This document shows, piece after piece, positions 11,002 to 20,068 of a stretch of 64,000 nucleotides of DNA. The position numbers and the translations under genes were made by a program. Numbering within the stretch: position 1 is the stretch's first letter; every line of letters begins with the position of its first letter. The stretch is taken from contig OY760907.1 in assembly GCA_963664195.1 (NCBI GenBank), positions 3,296,001 to 3,360,000 of the forward strand. The letters are read 5' to 3'. The DNA comes from an uncultured candidate division Zixibacteria bacterium. Lineage in GTDB: Bacteria; Zixibacteria; MSB-5A5; GN15; FEB-12. The notes under the pieces were generated by a model. The model worked only from the letters and a program-made list of their open reading frames with translations. It ran no database searches and was not told the origin of the DNA.

Positions 11002-12282
11002 GTGCCGAAAGCAAATCGTCAAGACAACGGTAGCCTCTACCGTAAGACAACGATGAGAAACGGGCTGAGGGTACTCTCCGAGAGAGTACCTTCGGTCCGT
11101 TCCATTTCTATCGGAGTGTGGGTCGATGTCGGCTCACGCAACGAACACGCGGACGAGGCCGGGCTGTCTCATTACATTGAGCACCTTGTCTTCAAAGGCA
11201 CCAAACACCGTAACTCCAAAGAGGTGGCAGCCTCGCTGGAGTCCATCGGCGGTGTGCTCAACGCGTTTACTTCCCGCGAGCAAACCTGTTTTACTGCGAG
11301 AGTTCTCGACGAGTATCTGGATGAGGCTCTTGATGTCCTTGCTGACATCACGTGTCATGCCACCCTTACACAGGCGAACATGAACCGCGAGAAACAGGTC
11401 ATCTGTGAGGAAATCAAGGAATCCCTGGACAGTCCCATGGACCGCATCCATGATCTTTTCGCGGAGGCGTTCTGGGGCGATCATCCTCTTGGAAAACCGA
11501 TACTCGGGACCTACGACGGTATCCAGGCAATGACGCGCGGGAAGTTGATGAAGTACGTCGACCGCAATTATCGTGCTGGCTCAATCGTCATCGCTGCAAG
11601 TGGCTCGATCTCGCACGCCAGGCTCCTCAAGCTGGTCCGCGAGAAGTTCACTTTTCCAACCGGCACCGTTGAGCCGTTTGCTCCTGCGAATCGTGATAAC
11701 TTCCGGAAATTGGCCGTTTTTCCGGCCGACATTGCACAGACTCACTTTTGCCTGGGACTGCCGGGTATGAGCTTTGACGATCCCCGCAAGATGATTCCGA
11801 TGCTCATGGCGTCGTATCTCGGCGGCGGGATGTCATCGGTCTTGTTCCAGAAGATCCGTGAAGATCGCGGTCTGGCGTACACCGTTTATGCGTATCACGA
11901 TTTCTTCAGGGACTCCGGAATATTCGGCGTGTACCTCGGGACGGACAAGCACAACGTGCGCAAGGCATACGATGTCACCCTGGCAGAACTTCGCAAGATG
12001 AAAAAGAAGACGCTTTCGTCAGGGGATCTTGAGCAGGTGAAGGCTCAAATCAAGGGACACCTGACCCTCGGAATGGAAGGAACGTCGAATCGCATGTCCC
12101 GCCTGGGACGACAGGAGTTCATGCTGGGGACGTATGTCAGTCTTGAAGAAACGCTGAAGGCGATTGACAAAGTTACGCCGGCGGAGATTCGCGACGTAGC
12201 AAATGAGTATCTTGATGAGTCCCAGATGAGCATTGCCACGCTGGGTCCCATTGACCCGAAGGAATTCGACGATATAGCCTGA
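11002..12282 (+). CDS. M16 (pitrilysin-family) zinc peptidase
   Basis: HYIEH (HxxEH) motif, NAFTSREQT, GGGMSSVLFQKIREDRGLAY; usual position after pnp. Confidence 0.93.
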   Translation: MPKANRQDNGSLYRKTTMRNGLRVLSERVPSVRSISIGVWVDVGSRNEHADEAGLSHYIEHLVFKGTKHRNSKEVAASLESIGGVLNAFTSREQTCFTARVLDEYLDEALDVLADITCHATLTQANMNREKQVICEEIKESLDSPMDRIHDLFAEAFWGDHPLGKPILGTYDGIQAMTRGKLMKYVDRNYRAGSIVIAASGSISHARLLKLVREKFTFPTGTVEPFAPANRDNFRKLAVFPADIAQTHFCLGLPGMSFDDPRKMIPMLMASYLGGGMSSVLFQKIREDRGLAYTVYAYHDFFRDSGIFGVYLGTDKHNVRKAYDVTLAELRKMKKKTLSSGDLEQVKAQIKGHLTLGMEGTSNRMSRLGRQEFMLGTYVSLEETLKAIDKVTPAEIRDVANEYLDESQMSIATLGPIDPKEFDDIA

Positions 12283-12284
12283 CG

Positions 12285-13082
12285 GTGAGGCAGACACCGC
12301 TGGCTGTACTCAGGGAGGCTGTCAGTCGAATGTCACCTGTTCCTGTTGTGTTGGCCTTTCACAAACTGATGCCGGAGTTCAGTTTCGGATCAACGAATTT
12401 TTCTCCCGGACGGTTTGACCGGCTGCTTACATTTCTGACCGATCTCGGCTACGACCTTAACTCGTCGGGGACAGGACCACACCTCACAATCAGTTTCGAC
12501 GACGGCTATCAGCACCTGCTCACTTATCTACCGGAGCTGGTGCAGCGCCATCGTTTCACCCCGATTGTCTTCATGCCGACCTCGTTGATCGGCCAGCCCA
12601 ACGCATGGGACTACAGCTACCTAATCAGAACGACACCGCATCTGGACAAAGAGTCTGTTTTGAGACTGGCCGGTTTCGGTGTTGAGTTTGGTTCTCACGG
12701 ACACACGCATACCGATCTGACCGGACTTTCCCGAACATCGCTCGAAGCAGAATTGAGGACCTCGAAAAGCATCCTTGAAGACATTCTGAAACGTGAGGTG
12801 ACGCAGATCAGCTATCCGTTCGGCCGGTCTAACGTACGCGTGACGGAGGCAGCGGCTCGGGCAGGCTACACTCACGGCTACACAATGGACTTTCCGTCAG
12901 ACGAGGCAATTCACAATCCCTTGACTGCTGGTCGGGTCGCCGTGTACGGCTATGACACACCGCTGAGCGTACTCCGCAAGCTGCGGCCGGGGCCGTTCCG
13001 TGCGCTTGAACAGGCCAAGGCGAGGATAACCAATCGCCTGTCGGGAGGCACCGTTCTCCTGAACCGGCTTCGAGGCCGGTGA
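12285..13082 (+). CDS. Polysaccharide deacetylase (CE4/NodB-like)
   Basis: ISFDDGY, GSHGHTH, ISYPFG. Confidence 0.88.
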   Translation: MRQTPLAVLREAVSRMSPVPVVLAFHKLMPEFSFGSTNFSPGRFDRLLTFLTDLGYDLNSSGTGPHLTISFDDGYQHLLTYLPELVQRHRFTPIVFMPTSLIGQPNAWDYSYLIRTTPHLDKESVLRLAGFGVEFGSHGHTHTDLTGLSRTSLEAELRTSKSILEDILKREVTQISYPFGRSNVRVTEAAARAGYTHGYTMDFPSDEAIHNPLTAGRVAVYGYDTPLSVLRKLRPGPFRALEQAKARITNRLSGGTVLLNRLRGR

Positions 13083-13108
13083 CCGACACCCCAAACCGCT
13101 CAAAACTA

Positions 13109-13137
13109 TTGCTAATCCACCGATATTTTGATACAAT
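13109..13137 (+). promoter_or_regulatory. Putative sigma70 promoter for leuS
   Basis: TTGCTA-N17-TACAAT with extended -10 TG. Confidence 0.55.
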
Positions 13138-13173
13138 TGCGTCCAATCAGAACGATACGATAGAGAGTGAATC

Positions 13174-15675
13174 ATGCCCGCAGAAAAGACCCCGATCCCC
13201 GAGTACAACTTCGCAGAAATAGAACACAAGTGGCAGGAACAGTGGAAAAACGAACGCCTGTACAAGGCGCCGGATCTCGCTGACGCAAAGAACAAGTTCT
13301 ATATGCTGGTGATGTTCGCCTATCCGTCAGGCGATATCCACATGGGTCATTTCCGCAATTACATCATCGGTGACGCCGTAGCGCGCCAGCAGATGATGCT
13401 CGGCAAAGACGTGCTGCATCCGTTCGGGTGGGATTCTTTTGGTCTCCCGGCGGAACGTGCGGCGATTCAGCGGCATATTCATCCGGAAGAATGGACGCAG
13501 AAGAACATCGGTGTGAGCCGCGCTACGTTGCAGAAAACGGGTGTGTCGTTTGACTGGGAACGCGAAATCGCCTCCAGCAATGCCGACTACTACAAGTGGA
13601 CGCAATGGATGTTCATCCAGTTGTTCAACAAGGGTCTGGCGTATCGCAAACGCGGTTTTGTCAACTGGTGCCCAGAGGACAAGACGGTTCTGGCCAACGA
13701 ACAAGTGGTCGACGGCAAGTGCGAACGGTGCCACACGGAAGTCGAAAAGAAAGACCAGATACAGTGGTACTTCAAGATCACCGACTACGCCGACCGCCTC
13801 GTGGATGATCTGGACAAGCTCCCGGATTGGCCCGACAACCTGAAGACTATGCAGCGGGAATGGATCGGACGTTCCTACGGCCTTGAGGTGGATTTCACCA
13901 TCGAAGAGACGGGGGAGAAGCTCCCGATCTTCACCACTCGCCCGGACACTATTTTCGGCGTTACGTTTATGGCCATTTCACCTGAAGCGGAGATTCTGGA
14001 CAGCCTGAATATCGAAAGCGAGTATGCCGAGAACGTCAGTTCTTACAAGAAGAAAGCTGCCGCACGGACCGATATAGAACGCGCTGCTGTCACCGACGAC
14101 AAGGACGGTGTGTTCACCGGCAAGTACGCGATCAACCCGTACAACGGCGAACGCGTTCAGCTCTGGGTGGCAGACTACGTTCTGGCCGGCTACGGCACGG
14201 GCGTTGTGATGGCTGTCCCGGCGCATGATACGCGCGATTTTGCTTTCGCCAAGAAGTATGACATTCCGATTCGCGTAGTGATTCATCCCGACAAAAAGAC
14301 CTCGCTCGACGCTGATGCTATGGAAGAAGCCTTCACCGAGTACGGTCCCATGGTCAACTCGGGACAGTTCGACGGCCAGGCGGGCAAGAAAGCCATCGCG
14401 GCAGTCTCCGAGTTTGCGGAGAAAGAGGGATTCGGACGTCGCACGGTCAATTACAAGCTCAAGGACTGGTCTATCTCCCGTCAGCGCTACTGGGGTTGCC
14501 CGATACCGATCATCCACTGCGACAAATGTGGCCAGGTGCCGGTGCCACAGGAGCAATTACCGGTCCATCTGCCGACAGTCGAGGATTTCCATCCGAAAGG
14601 TCGTTCGCCGCTGGCCGATGTTGCTGAATACATGAACGTCAAGTGTCCCAAATGCGGGGGAGAGGCGCAGCGGGATGCGGACACCATGGATACGTTTGTC
14701 TGCTCGTCCTGGTACTATCTTCGCTATGTCGACCCGCACAATGATGAGCAGCCGTTTGATATCGAGAAGGCCAAGCGTTGGATGCCGATCGACCTGTATG
14801 TCGGCGGTATCACGCATGCCACCGGGCATTTGATCTATTTCCGGTTCTTCCACAAGTTCCTGAAGGATCTGGGGTATGTCGACTGCGATGAGCCGGCAAC
14901 ACGCATGTTCAACCACGGGATGGTTCAGGACAGCAACGGCGAGACGATGTCCAAATCTAAAGGAAACGTGGTATCTCCGATAGATTTAATGGCAAATCGA
15001 GGTATCGACATTTCGCGCCTCGCGATGTTCTTCACAGCGCCTTCGGAAAAGCCGGTCCAATGGTCCGATGACGCTCTGACCGGAGTCGAGAAATTCGCTT
15101 CGCACAAGCTTTACAACATCGTTGAAAGCTATCGACACAGCTCACCCGCCTTAAAGCAGTACTTTAACGCCGATAGTGATCTTACTGCGGATGAACGCGC
15201 TATATACGTCAAGTTAAACCAAAGCATTAAGCGCGTTTCCGAGGGTTACGAGCGGCTTCAGTTCAACACGGCGATCTCAGCGCTCATGGAATTGGTTCGT
15301 GACTTCAAGCCTGACAAAATCGCCAACGACCAACTCAACGACCAGATCGTCCTCAAAACGATCCAGATGATCGCGCCGCTGGCGCCGCACATGGCCGAGG
15401 AAATGTGGCGGCTGGCCGGATTCGAGGATTCGGTGTTCAAGTCAACCTGGCCGGTATTTGACCCGGAAGCTGTTGTCGGCGATACGGTTGAGATTGCGGT
15501 GCAGATCAACGGCAAACTCCGTGATACCGTGACGGTACCGGCTGATCCGGACCAGCAGACGGTCGAAGATGCCGCGTTTGCCAGCGAGAAAGTAATTCAT
15601 TGGACCGACGGCAAGCAGATCATCAAGAAGATCTTCGTGAAGGGCCGACTCCTTAATATAGTGGTCAAGGGATAA
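13174..15675 (+). CDS. leuS: Leucyl-tRNA synthetase
   Basis: YPSGDIHMGH, FTTRPDT, GTGVVMAVPAHD, DWSISRQRYWG, TMSKSKGN. Confidence 0.98.
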   Translation: MPAEKTPIPEYNFAEIEHKWQEQWKNERLYKAPDLADAKNKFYMLVMFAYPSGDIHMGHFRNYIIGDAVARQQMMLGKDVLHPFGWDSFGLPAERAAIQRHIHPEEWTQKNIGVSRATLQKTGVSFDWEREIASSNADYYKWTQWMFIQLFNKGLAYRKRGFVNWCPEDKTVLANEQVVDGKCERCHTEVEKKDQIQWYFKITDYADRLVDDLDKLPDWPDNLKTMQREWIGRSYGLEVDFTIEETGEKLPIFTTRPDTIFGVTFMAISPEAEILDSLNIESEYAENVSSYKKKAAARTDIERAAVTDDKDGVFTGKYAINPYNGERVQLWVADYVLAGYGTGVVMAVPAHDTRDFAFAKKYDIPIRVVIHPDKKTSLDADAMEEAFTEYGPMVNSGQFDGQAGKKAIAAVSEFAEKEGFGRRTVNYKLKDWSISRQRYWGCPIPIIHCDKCGQVPVPQEQLPVHLPTVEDFHPKGRSPLADVAEYMNVKCPKCGGEAQRDADTMDTFVCSSWYYLRYVDPHNDEQPFDIEKAKRWMPIDLYVGGITHATGHLIYFRFFHKFLKDLGYVDCDEPATRMFNHGMVQDSNGETMSKSKGNVVSPIDLMANRGIDISRLAMFFTAPSEKPVQWSDDALTGVEKFASHKLYNIVESYRHSSPALKQYFNADSDLTADERAIYVKLNQSIKRVSEGYERLQFNTAISALMELVRDFKPDKIANDQLNDQIVLKTIQMIAPLAPHMAEEMWRLAGFEDSVFKSTWPVFDPEAVVGDTVEIAVQINGKLRDTVTVPADPDQQTVEDAAFASEKVIHWTDGKQIIKKIFVKGRLLNIVVKG

Positions 15676-15702
15676 CGACCCGAGACCGCGACGACTATCA
15701 AG

Positions 15703-15734
15703 ACCGGAGGGCAGGACAGGCCTTCCGGTTTTTT
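15703..15734 (+). terminator. Intrinsic terminator after leuS
   Basis: ACCGGAGGG-N9-CCTTCCGGT followed by a T run. Confidence 0.7.
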
Positions 15735-15763
15735 CATGTTGGTCCCTCCTTTAATCATCATAG

Positions 15764-15791
15764 TGTTATCATAATATATGTTATAAGACAC
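15764..15791 (-). other. dif-like XerC/XerD recombination site
   Basis: Minus strand GTGTCTTATAA-CATATA-TTATGATAACA: 11-6-11 layout with ATAA/TTAT inner palindrome; right arm matches 8/11 of the XerD arm TTATGTTAAAT. Confidence 0.55.
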
Positions 15792-15969
15792 GGCAATAGG
15801 CGAGAATGAGCTTGATGATCTCGGGAAACCCCTTCTGCCTTTGGATTTGCCGCAGAATGAGTTTGGACCGATGCAAGTCTCGATGGCCGGAGGCGTTTTG
15901 ATCTCATATTTGGCCGTTTGAGTCTTCCGTAGCGCAGGTCAACGACACGAGTGTCTGTCTTTATCTTCA

Positions 15970-15997
15970 GTAGCGCAGGTCTGTCTTCAGACCTGCG
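15970..15997 (+). repeat. GTAG-type REP, family A
   Basis: GTAG + CGCAGGTCTG-TCTT-CAGACCTGCG perfect hairpin; partial copy GTAGCGCAGGTC at 15929-15940. Confidence 0.75.
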
Positions 15998-16172
15998 AGG
16001 ACACTGGCCTGTTGATTGTTCGTGCAAGGATGTGGAACGGTGTTCGGTTGACAGCCCGTAGCTGGGACCGGACCTCTCCCTTCCTCAGCACAGAATGTGA
16101 TTGACAGTCGTCGATAATGATGTCTTCTTTCATGTGGTTATCGGAAGGATCGCAAAGTGAAGGTAGATAACA

Positions 16173-16955
16173 ATGGAAGACTTGCTGGTTATTATCGAAT
16201 GGCTGCTACGTTTGGTCGGCGGGCTACTGCACTCGTCAGAGTGGTTTCCTGCGGCAGTGGGTGCATTCTTTGCCGCAATCGCCGCTTTCAGCGTCAGCCA
16301 ATTTAACGAAAAGGTCAGAAGACACAGAAAACGCTGGTTGGAGCACTTCAACGCGCTGGTTCCCCTAGATCACGCGCTGAATGAAACCGTCGATAGGCTA
16401 TGGGCAAACAGGGCACTCGCTCATCTTGCTATCGATGCCATCGGCCAGGCTGGCAAAGGAATCACGGTCATTTATAGGTTGCCAAGTCCTTTGCCTCGCA
16501 GCGACGCACATCTTCGTAGTTATCTAAGGCTTGAACTCATCAACGAAGTGTTTTCCTTCAATGTCAAGATACGCAGACTCAACGGCGACATCCGCACCGT
16601 CTGCGAGGCATACGCGGAGATGAGGAGTGGGTTGCTTCGACAGGAACTCCGTCCTGAACAGTATCATTGCAGTCTAACTCAATTCCAAGCCAATCTACAG
16701 AATCTAGTAAAGGCATTCGACCTTGTGCTTTCCCGCACACTTGATTTGCACGCACGAGTCCGAGTCACGATGAAAGAGGACAAGCGACACAACAACGACA
16801 CTTTCTGGAAATTCCTAAATGGCACACCGAACCTTGCAGTGATCGACTCAGACCGTCTTCAGTCAGAGTTGGTTCAAATGAAGCGGGAAATGGACGACGT
16901 ACAGGCCCGTAGCCGCGAGGAAATCAGGCAATGGTATGGCGACTCCACGCTATAG
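16173..16955 (+). CDS. Hypothetical protein, N-terminal membrane anchor and helical/coiled-coil body
   Basis: 260 aa ORF, AAGG upstream of ATG, hydrophobic AAVGAFFAAIAAF followed by a basic stretch; no recognisable family. Confidence 0.7.
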   Translation: MEDLLVIIEWLLRLVGGLLHSSEWFPAAVGAFFAAIAAFSVSQFNEKVRRHRKRWLEHFNALVPLDHALNETVDRLWANRALAHLAIDAIGQAGKGITVIYRLPSPLPRSDAHLRSYLRLELINEVFSFNVKIRRLNGDIRTVCEAYAEMRSGLLRQELRPEQYHCSLTQFQANLQNLVKAFDLVLSRTLDLHARVRVTMKEDKRHNNDTFWKFLNGTPNLAVIDSDRLQSELVQMKREMDDVQARSREEIRQWYGDSTL

Positions 16956-17182
16956 CTGACGGGTGGCCGGTTCAAACTTGTTTGGGTCGGATTGGATAGC
17001 CAGCGGGCAAGCGTTGTCGTCCCCACAGGATGCCAATCAAGTCCTTGAGGCTTCGACAGGCTCAGCCTGACCTGATTGGCCATTCGCCGAGATTTGGGTC
17101 CCCTCTCCCCTACAGAAAAACGGCCGGGATGTGGTATCCCGACCGTTAGTCCTTGATCGAATCCTGCGGATTCGCTTCTTTC

Positions 17183-17210
17183 GGCAGGTCTGAAGACAGA
17201 CCTTCCCTAC
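17183..17210 (-). repeat. GTAG-type REP, family A
   Basis: Reverse complement GTAGGGAAGGTCTGTCTTCAGACCTGCC. Confidence 0.75.
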
Positions 17211-17242
17211 GAAGAGATGCGTCAGGCCAGAATGCAGCCACT

Positions 17243-17344
17243 TGTGGCGTTGGCCTTCCCTACCGTCGAAACTACAGGTAAGGTAGTTGGTGAACATGAC
17301 CGCATCGGTGTGGCGTTGGCCTTCCCTACCGTCGAAACTACAGG
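17243..17344. repeat. Two identical 36-bp direct repeats separated by 30 bp, built from REP fragments
   Basis: TGTGGCGTTGGCCTTCCCTACCGTCGAAACTACAGG at 17243-17278 and 17309-17344. Confidence 0.85.
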
Positions 17345-17410
17345 AGTTTCGACCTACAATCCCCATGTCGCTTGCTGCCACATGTCGAAACCACAGGGGT
17401 TTCGACCTAC
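17331..17410 (-). repeat. Two GTAG-type REPs, family B (17331-17357 and 17384-17410)
   Basis: Reverse complements GTAGGTCGAAACTCCTGTAGTTTCGAC and GTAGGTCGAAACCCCTGTGGTTTCGAC; the second supplies the TAG stop of the hydrolase gene. Confidence 0.8.
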
Positions 17411-18300
17411 TCTGTCACCGTCAGCTTGGTGATCACGTCCTCGAGGGCCTCGGTGAATTCGTCCGGGCGCTCGAACATCGGGAAATGACCCACGCTGTCC
17501 ATTATCATCACATCAAATGAGGTCGCCAGCGTACGGTTGCCCTCGACATTTGTCGGATGAACCGATGAATTCACGTTGTAAATTGGGGCCTTCACCTCCG
17601 CCAGAGCCGTAGCGTAATCGTATCTCACGAGGTTTGACATGGAACTGATGCCCACCTCTGTGGGAGCGGACGACATATCGTCCATGATGTTTGCCTTGAC
17701 GGTCGAGTCTGCGTCGGGAGCGAACATACCGTTGACCATCATCTTTGTCGTCCCTGCGAAATTCGCGTTTAGAGCACCGAGATAGCCTGCAATCTGCTCA
17801 TCGGTAAACTTCTGCTCGAAGTTCTGGAAGTTGTCGATGCCGATCAAACCGACGACCTTCTCAGGAAGCAAACGCGCAGTTTCAATAATCACTGCGCCGC
17901 CCATCGAGTGCCCCACCAGAATCACTTTCTCAGGGTTCACCTTGTTGATGACCGCCGCGACGTCCTGAGCGTAGGCTTCCATTGTGTAGTCCTTGCGGCC
18001 GAGCGCCGACTCACCGTGACCGGCAAGGTCGACCGCCACGACCTGGTAGTTGGCTGCCAGCTCCGGGAATTGCTCGTTCCAGTAGGTCCGGTCACAGCAC
18101 CAGCAATGCACGAGCACAATCGTCGGACTTCCGGTGCCCTCGACCATGTAATGGATCATGACGCCGTCGGCAGAGGCCACGGAGTCGACAACGCAGACCT
18201 GTTTTTCTACGGCTTCTTCTTTCTGGCCGCACGCACCGGCGAGCAGCGCCGCAACGAGGATTGTCAGCAATAGCGCAATGAACTTCCTGTTCTGGATCAT
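17407..18300 (-). CDS. Alpha/beta hydrolase lipoprotein
   Basis: Lipobox LAGAC, DLAGHGES, nucleophile elbow GHSMG, C-terminal GHFPMFE. Confidence 0.9.
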   Translation of the reverse strand: MIQNRKFIALLLTILVAALLAGACGQKEEAVEKQVCVVDSVASADGVMIHYMVEGTGSPTIVLVHCWCCDRTYWNEQFPELAANYQVVAVDLAGHGESALGRKDYTMEAYAQDVAAVINKVNPEKVILVGHSMGGAVIIETARLLPEKVVGLIGIDNFQNFEQKFTDEQIAGYLGALNANFAGTTKMMVNGMFAPDADSTVKANIMDDMSSAPTEVGISSMSNLVRYDYATALAEVKAPIYNVNSSVHPTNVEGNRTLATSFDVMIMDSVGHFPMFERPDEFTEALEDVITKLTVTE

Positions 18301-18345
18301 GGTATTCTCCTGTATTCAAAGTATAGAAGTGTTTTTAGGTCTCCT

Positions 18346-18372
18346 GTCGAAACCGCAGGGGTTTCGACGTAC
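18346..18372 (-). repeat. REP family B copy (GTAC variant)
   Basis: Reverse complement GTACGTCGAAACCCCTGCGGTTTCGAC. Confidence 0.7.
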
Positions 18373-18496
18373 AAAACTCAATTCTCGATTGGATGATGTG
18401 TCTCTATTGCGGATAAGGACGGATGTTTGGGGGCGGGTGTCAAGTGGAAGTGCGGTGTCATAATGCTAGCAGCCGGAGCGAACGTCGAGTCATTCC

Positions 18497-19069
18497 TCAA
18501 CTTGGTGGGGCCGCTCCGATTACAGCGATGATTGACTGCTGATCCACCTTAACGATCTCGGCCCAAATGTACACTTGTCCGAAGTCATACACTTTGAATC
18601 GATATCCCTCTGCTAACCGAATAGCTGTCTTGGCGTTGCCAATGCGGATATCTCTTGGGCGATATGTCACAGCCGGCATAGTGAAGTCGGCACAATCATC
18701 CTCTCTTTCGGACAACACGAGTCTACTTGAAGACCAATCAATGTCGAACCCTGATAAGCATCTCTGAGAACTCGGAGCGTAGACCAGTGGATCGCCACGA
18801 AATGAGTAGAACACCGCATAACCCAATGGGTACTTCTGTTTGAGATGCTCATGGTTGGTCGGCAAGTAGTCTCGCAGGAAGTCGTCTACTTCCTCGATTC
18901 GCGACTGGGACTCCACTCCAGAATGCAAGGCATACACACCAATGAGCAGGCTTACTACGGAGAGAACTGACTGCACAACCCGATTCCTAAGATATCCGAT
19001 TAGCCAATGCTGTGTTTCTCGAGCCTTCCTGACTTTCTTTCTTCTGGGCTTTCTCTTCTTCCGTCCCAA
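18497..19069 (-). CDS. Hypothetical membrane-anchored protein
   Basis: 190 aa ORF (TTG start uncertain), basic N-terminus, one hydrophobic helix, beta-rich C-terminus. Confidence 0.6.
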   Translation of the reverse strand: MGRKKRKPRRKKVRKARETQHWLIGYLRNRVVQSVLSVVSLLIGVYALHSGVESQSRIEEVDDFLRDYLPTNHEHLKQKYPLGYAVFYSFRGDPLVYAPSSQRCLSGFDIDWSSSRLVLSEREDDCADFTMPAVTYRPRDIRIGNAKTAIRLAEGYRFKVYDFGQVYIWAEIVKVDQQSIIAVIGAAPPS

Positions 19070-19098
19070 CTGAGGTCCTCCCCACGTCCTTGAGATTT

Positions 19099-19126
19099 GG
19101 CAGGTTTGAAGACAAACCTTCCCTAC
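19099..19126 (-). repeat. GTAG-type REP, family A
   Basis: Reverse complement GTAGGGAAGGTTTGTCTTCAAACCTGCC; compensatory C-G to T-A stem change relative to the 17183 copy. Confidence 0.75.
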
Positions 19127-19143
19127 GACAAAATCTGATTTCC

Positions 19144-20049
19144 CTACGTCTGTTTGAAGCCCCAGTCGACGAGGCGGCGGGCTTCGCGGAACCGGAGTTT
19201 GTCGCCAGGTACGCCGAGGACGACCAGCGTCAGCCTCTCCCCTGCCTTATTTTCGACAAGAGTTGTCAGGCAATAGTCAGCAGCACGAGTATAACCCGTT
19301 TTTCCGGAGAGAACGTCGTATTTGGAATGTATCAGCAAATTGGTGTTAGCCATCTGCAGGCGATTGTTCCGCTTGCGATTGAGGACGGTGCAGCGATACC
19401 GTTTGGTCGAGGTGATCTTTGCAATTGTTTTGTAATCGTAGGCATAATGGAGCAACTTAGCCACCTCGTGCGCGGTGGACACGTTGCGTGAGTCCAGCCC
19501 GGTCGGTTCGTAGAACACAGTATGTTTGAGGCCGAGCTGCTTCATTTTGAAATTCATCTCTTTGGCAAACTCTTCGTACGAGCCCGAGGTCGCCCTTGCC
19601 AGCGCCCGGGCCGCACGATTGTCAGAGTTCATCAACGCGGCGTACATGAGGTCACGCACGGTCATCTCGAAGCCGACCTTGAGTCGCGATTTCGACGAGC
19701 GACGGGCGTCCTCTTTGGTGATTTTGGCCGTACTGTCGAAGTCGATTCCCTTGTCAATCACGACCATCGCGGTGACGAGTTTGGTGATCGACGCAATCGA
19801 GCGCACCTTCTCGCAGTTCTTGGCGTAAAGGACCTCGCCGTTGTTGTAATTCACCAGAATCGCGGATTTGAGATTGAGGTACGGTTTCTTCGTGTCAGGG
19901 ATGTCGTCAAAGTCAAAGTGACAGACTTTTTCCGAGGCGGCAAACAGCGGTCCGCTCGGCTGCTCCAGGAAGTAGACGGAGTTGGCCGAAAAGAACACAA
20001 AGGCGGCCAGCATCAGAAGCACTTTTGGCAAGGTACGTCTATTCAACAT
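19144..20049 (-). CDS. D-alanyl-D-alanine endo/carboxypeptidase, peptidase S11 (PbpG-like)
   Basis: Signal peptide, SITK (SxxK), SDN (SxN), KTG. Confidence 0.92.
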   Translation of the reverse strand: MLNRRTLPKVLLMLAAFVFFSANSVYFLEQPSGPLFAASEKVCHFDFDDIPDTKKPYLNLKSAILVNYNNGEVLYAKNCEKVRSIASITKLVTAMVVIDKGIDFDSTAKITKEDARRSSKSRLKVGFEMTVRDLMYAALMNSDNRAARALARATSGSYEEFAKEMNFKMKQLGLKHTVFYEPTGLDSRNVSTAHEVAKLLHYAYDYKTIAKITSTKRYRCTVLNRKRNNRLQMANTNLLIHSKYDVLSGKTGYTRAADYCLTTLVENKAGERLTLVVLGVPGDKLRFREARRLVDWGFKQT

Positions 20050-20068
20050 GACGGTAGAACGAAACCTC

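Noticed and set aside
16956..17080. attC-like integron site after the orphan gene
   Set aside because: No RYYYAAC...GTTRRRY box pair with a matching long palindrome, and no integron integrase
17243..17344. 36-bp repeat / 30-bp spacer / 36-bp repeat resembling a type II CRISPR unit
   Set aside because: Only two copies, no cas genes, and the repeat is a composite of REP family A and B fragments; best explained as a local duplication
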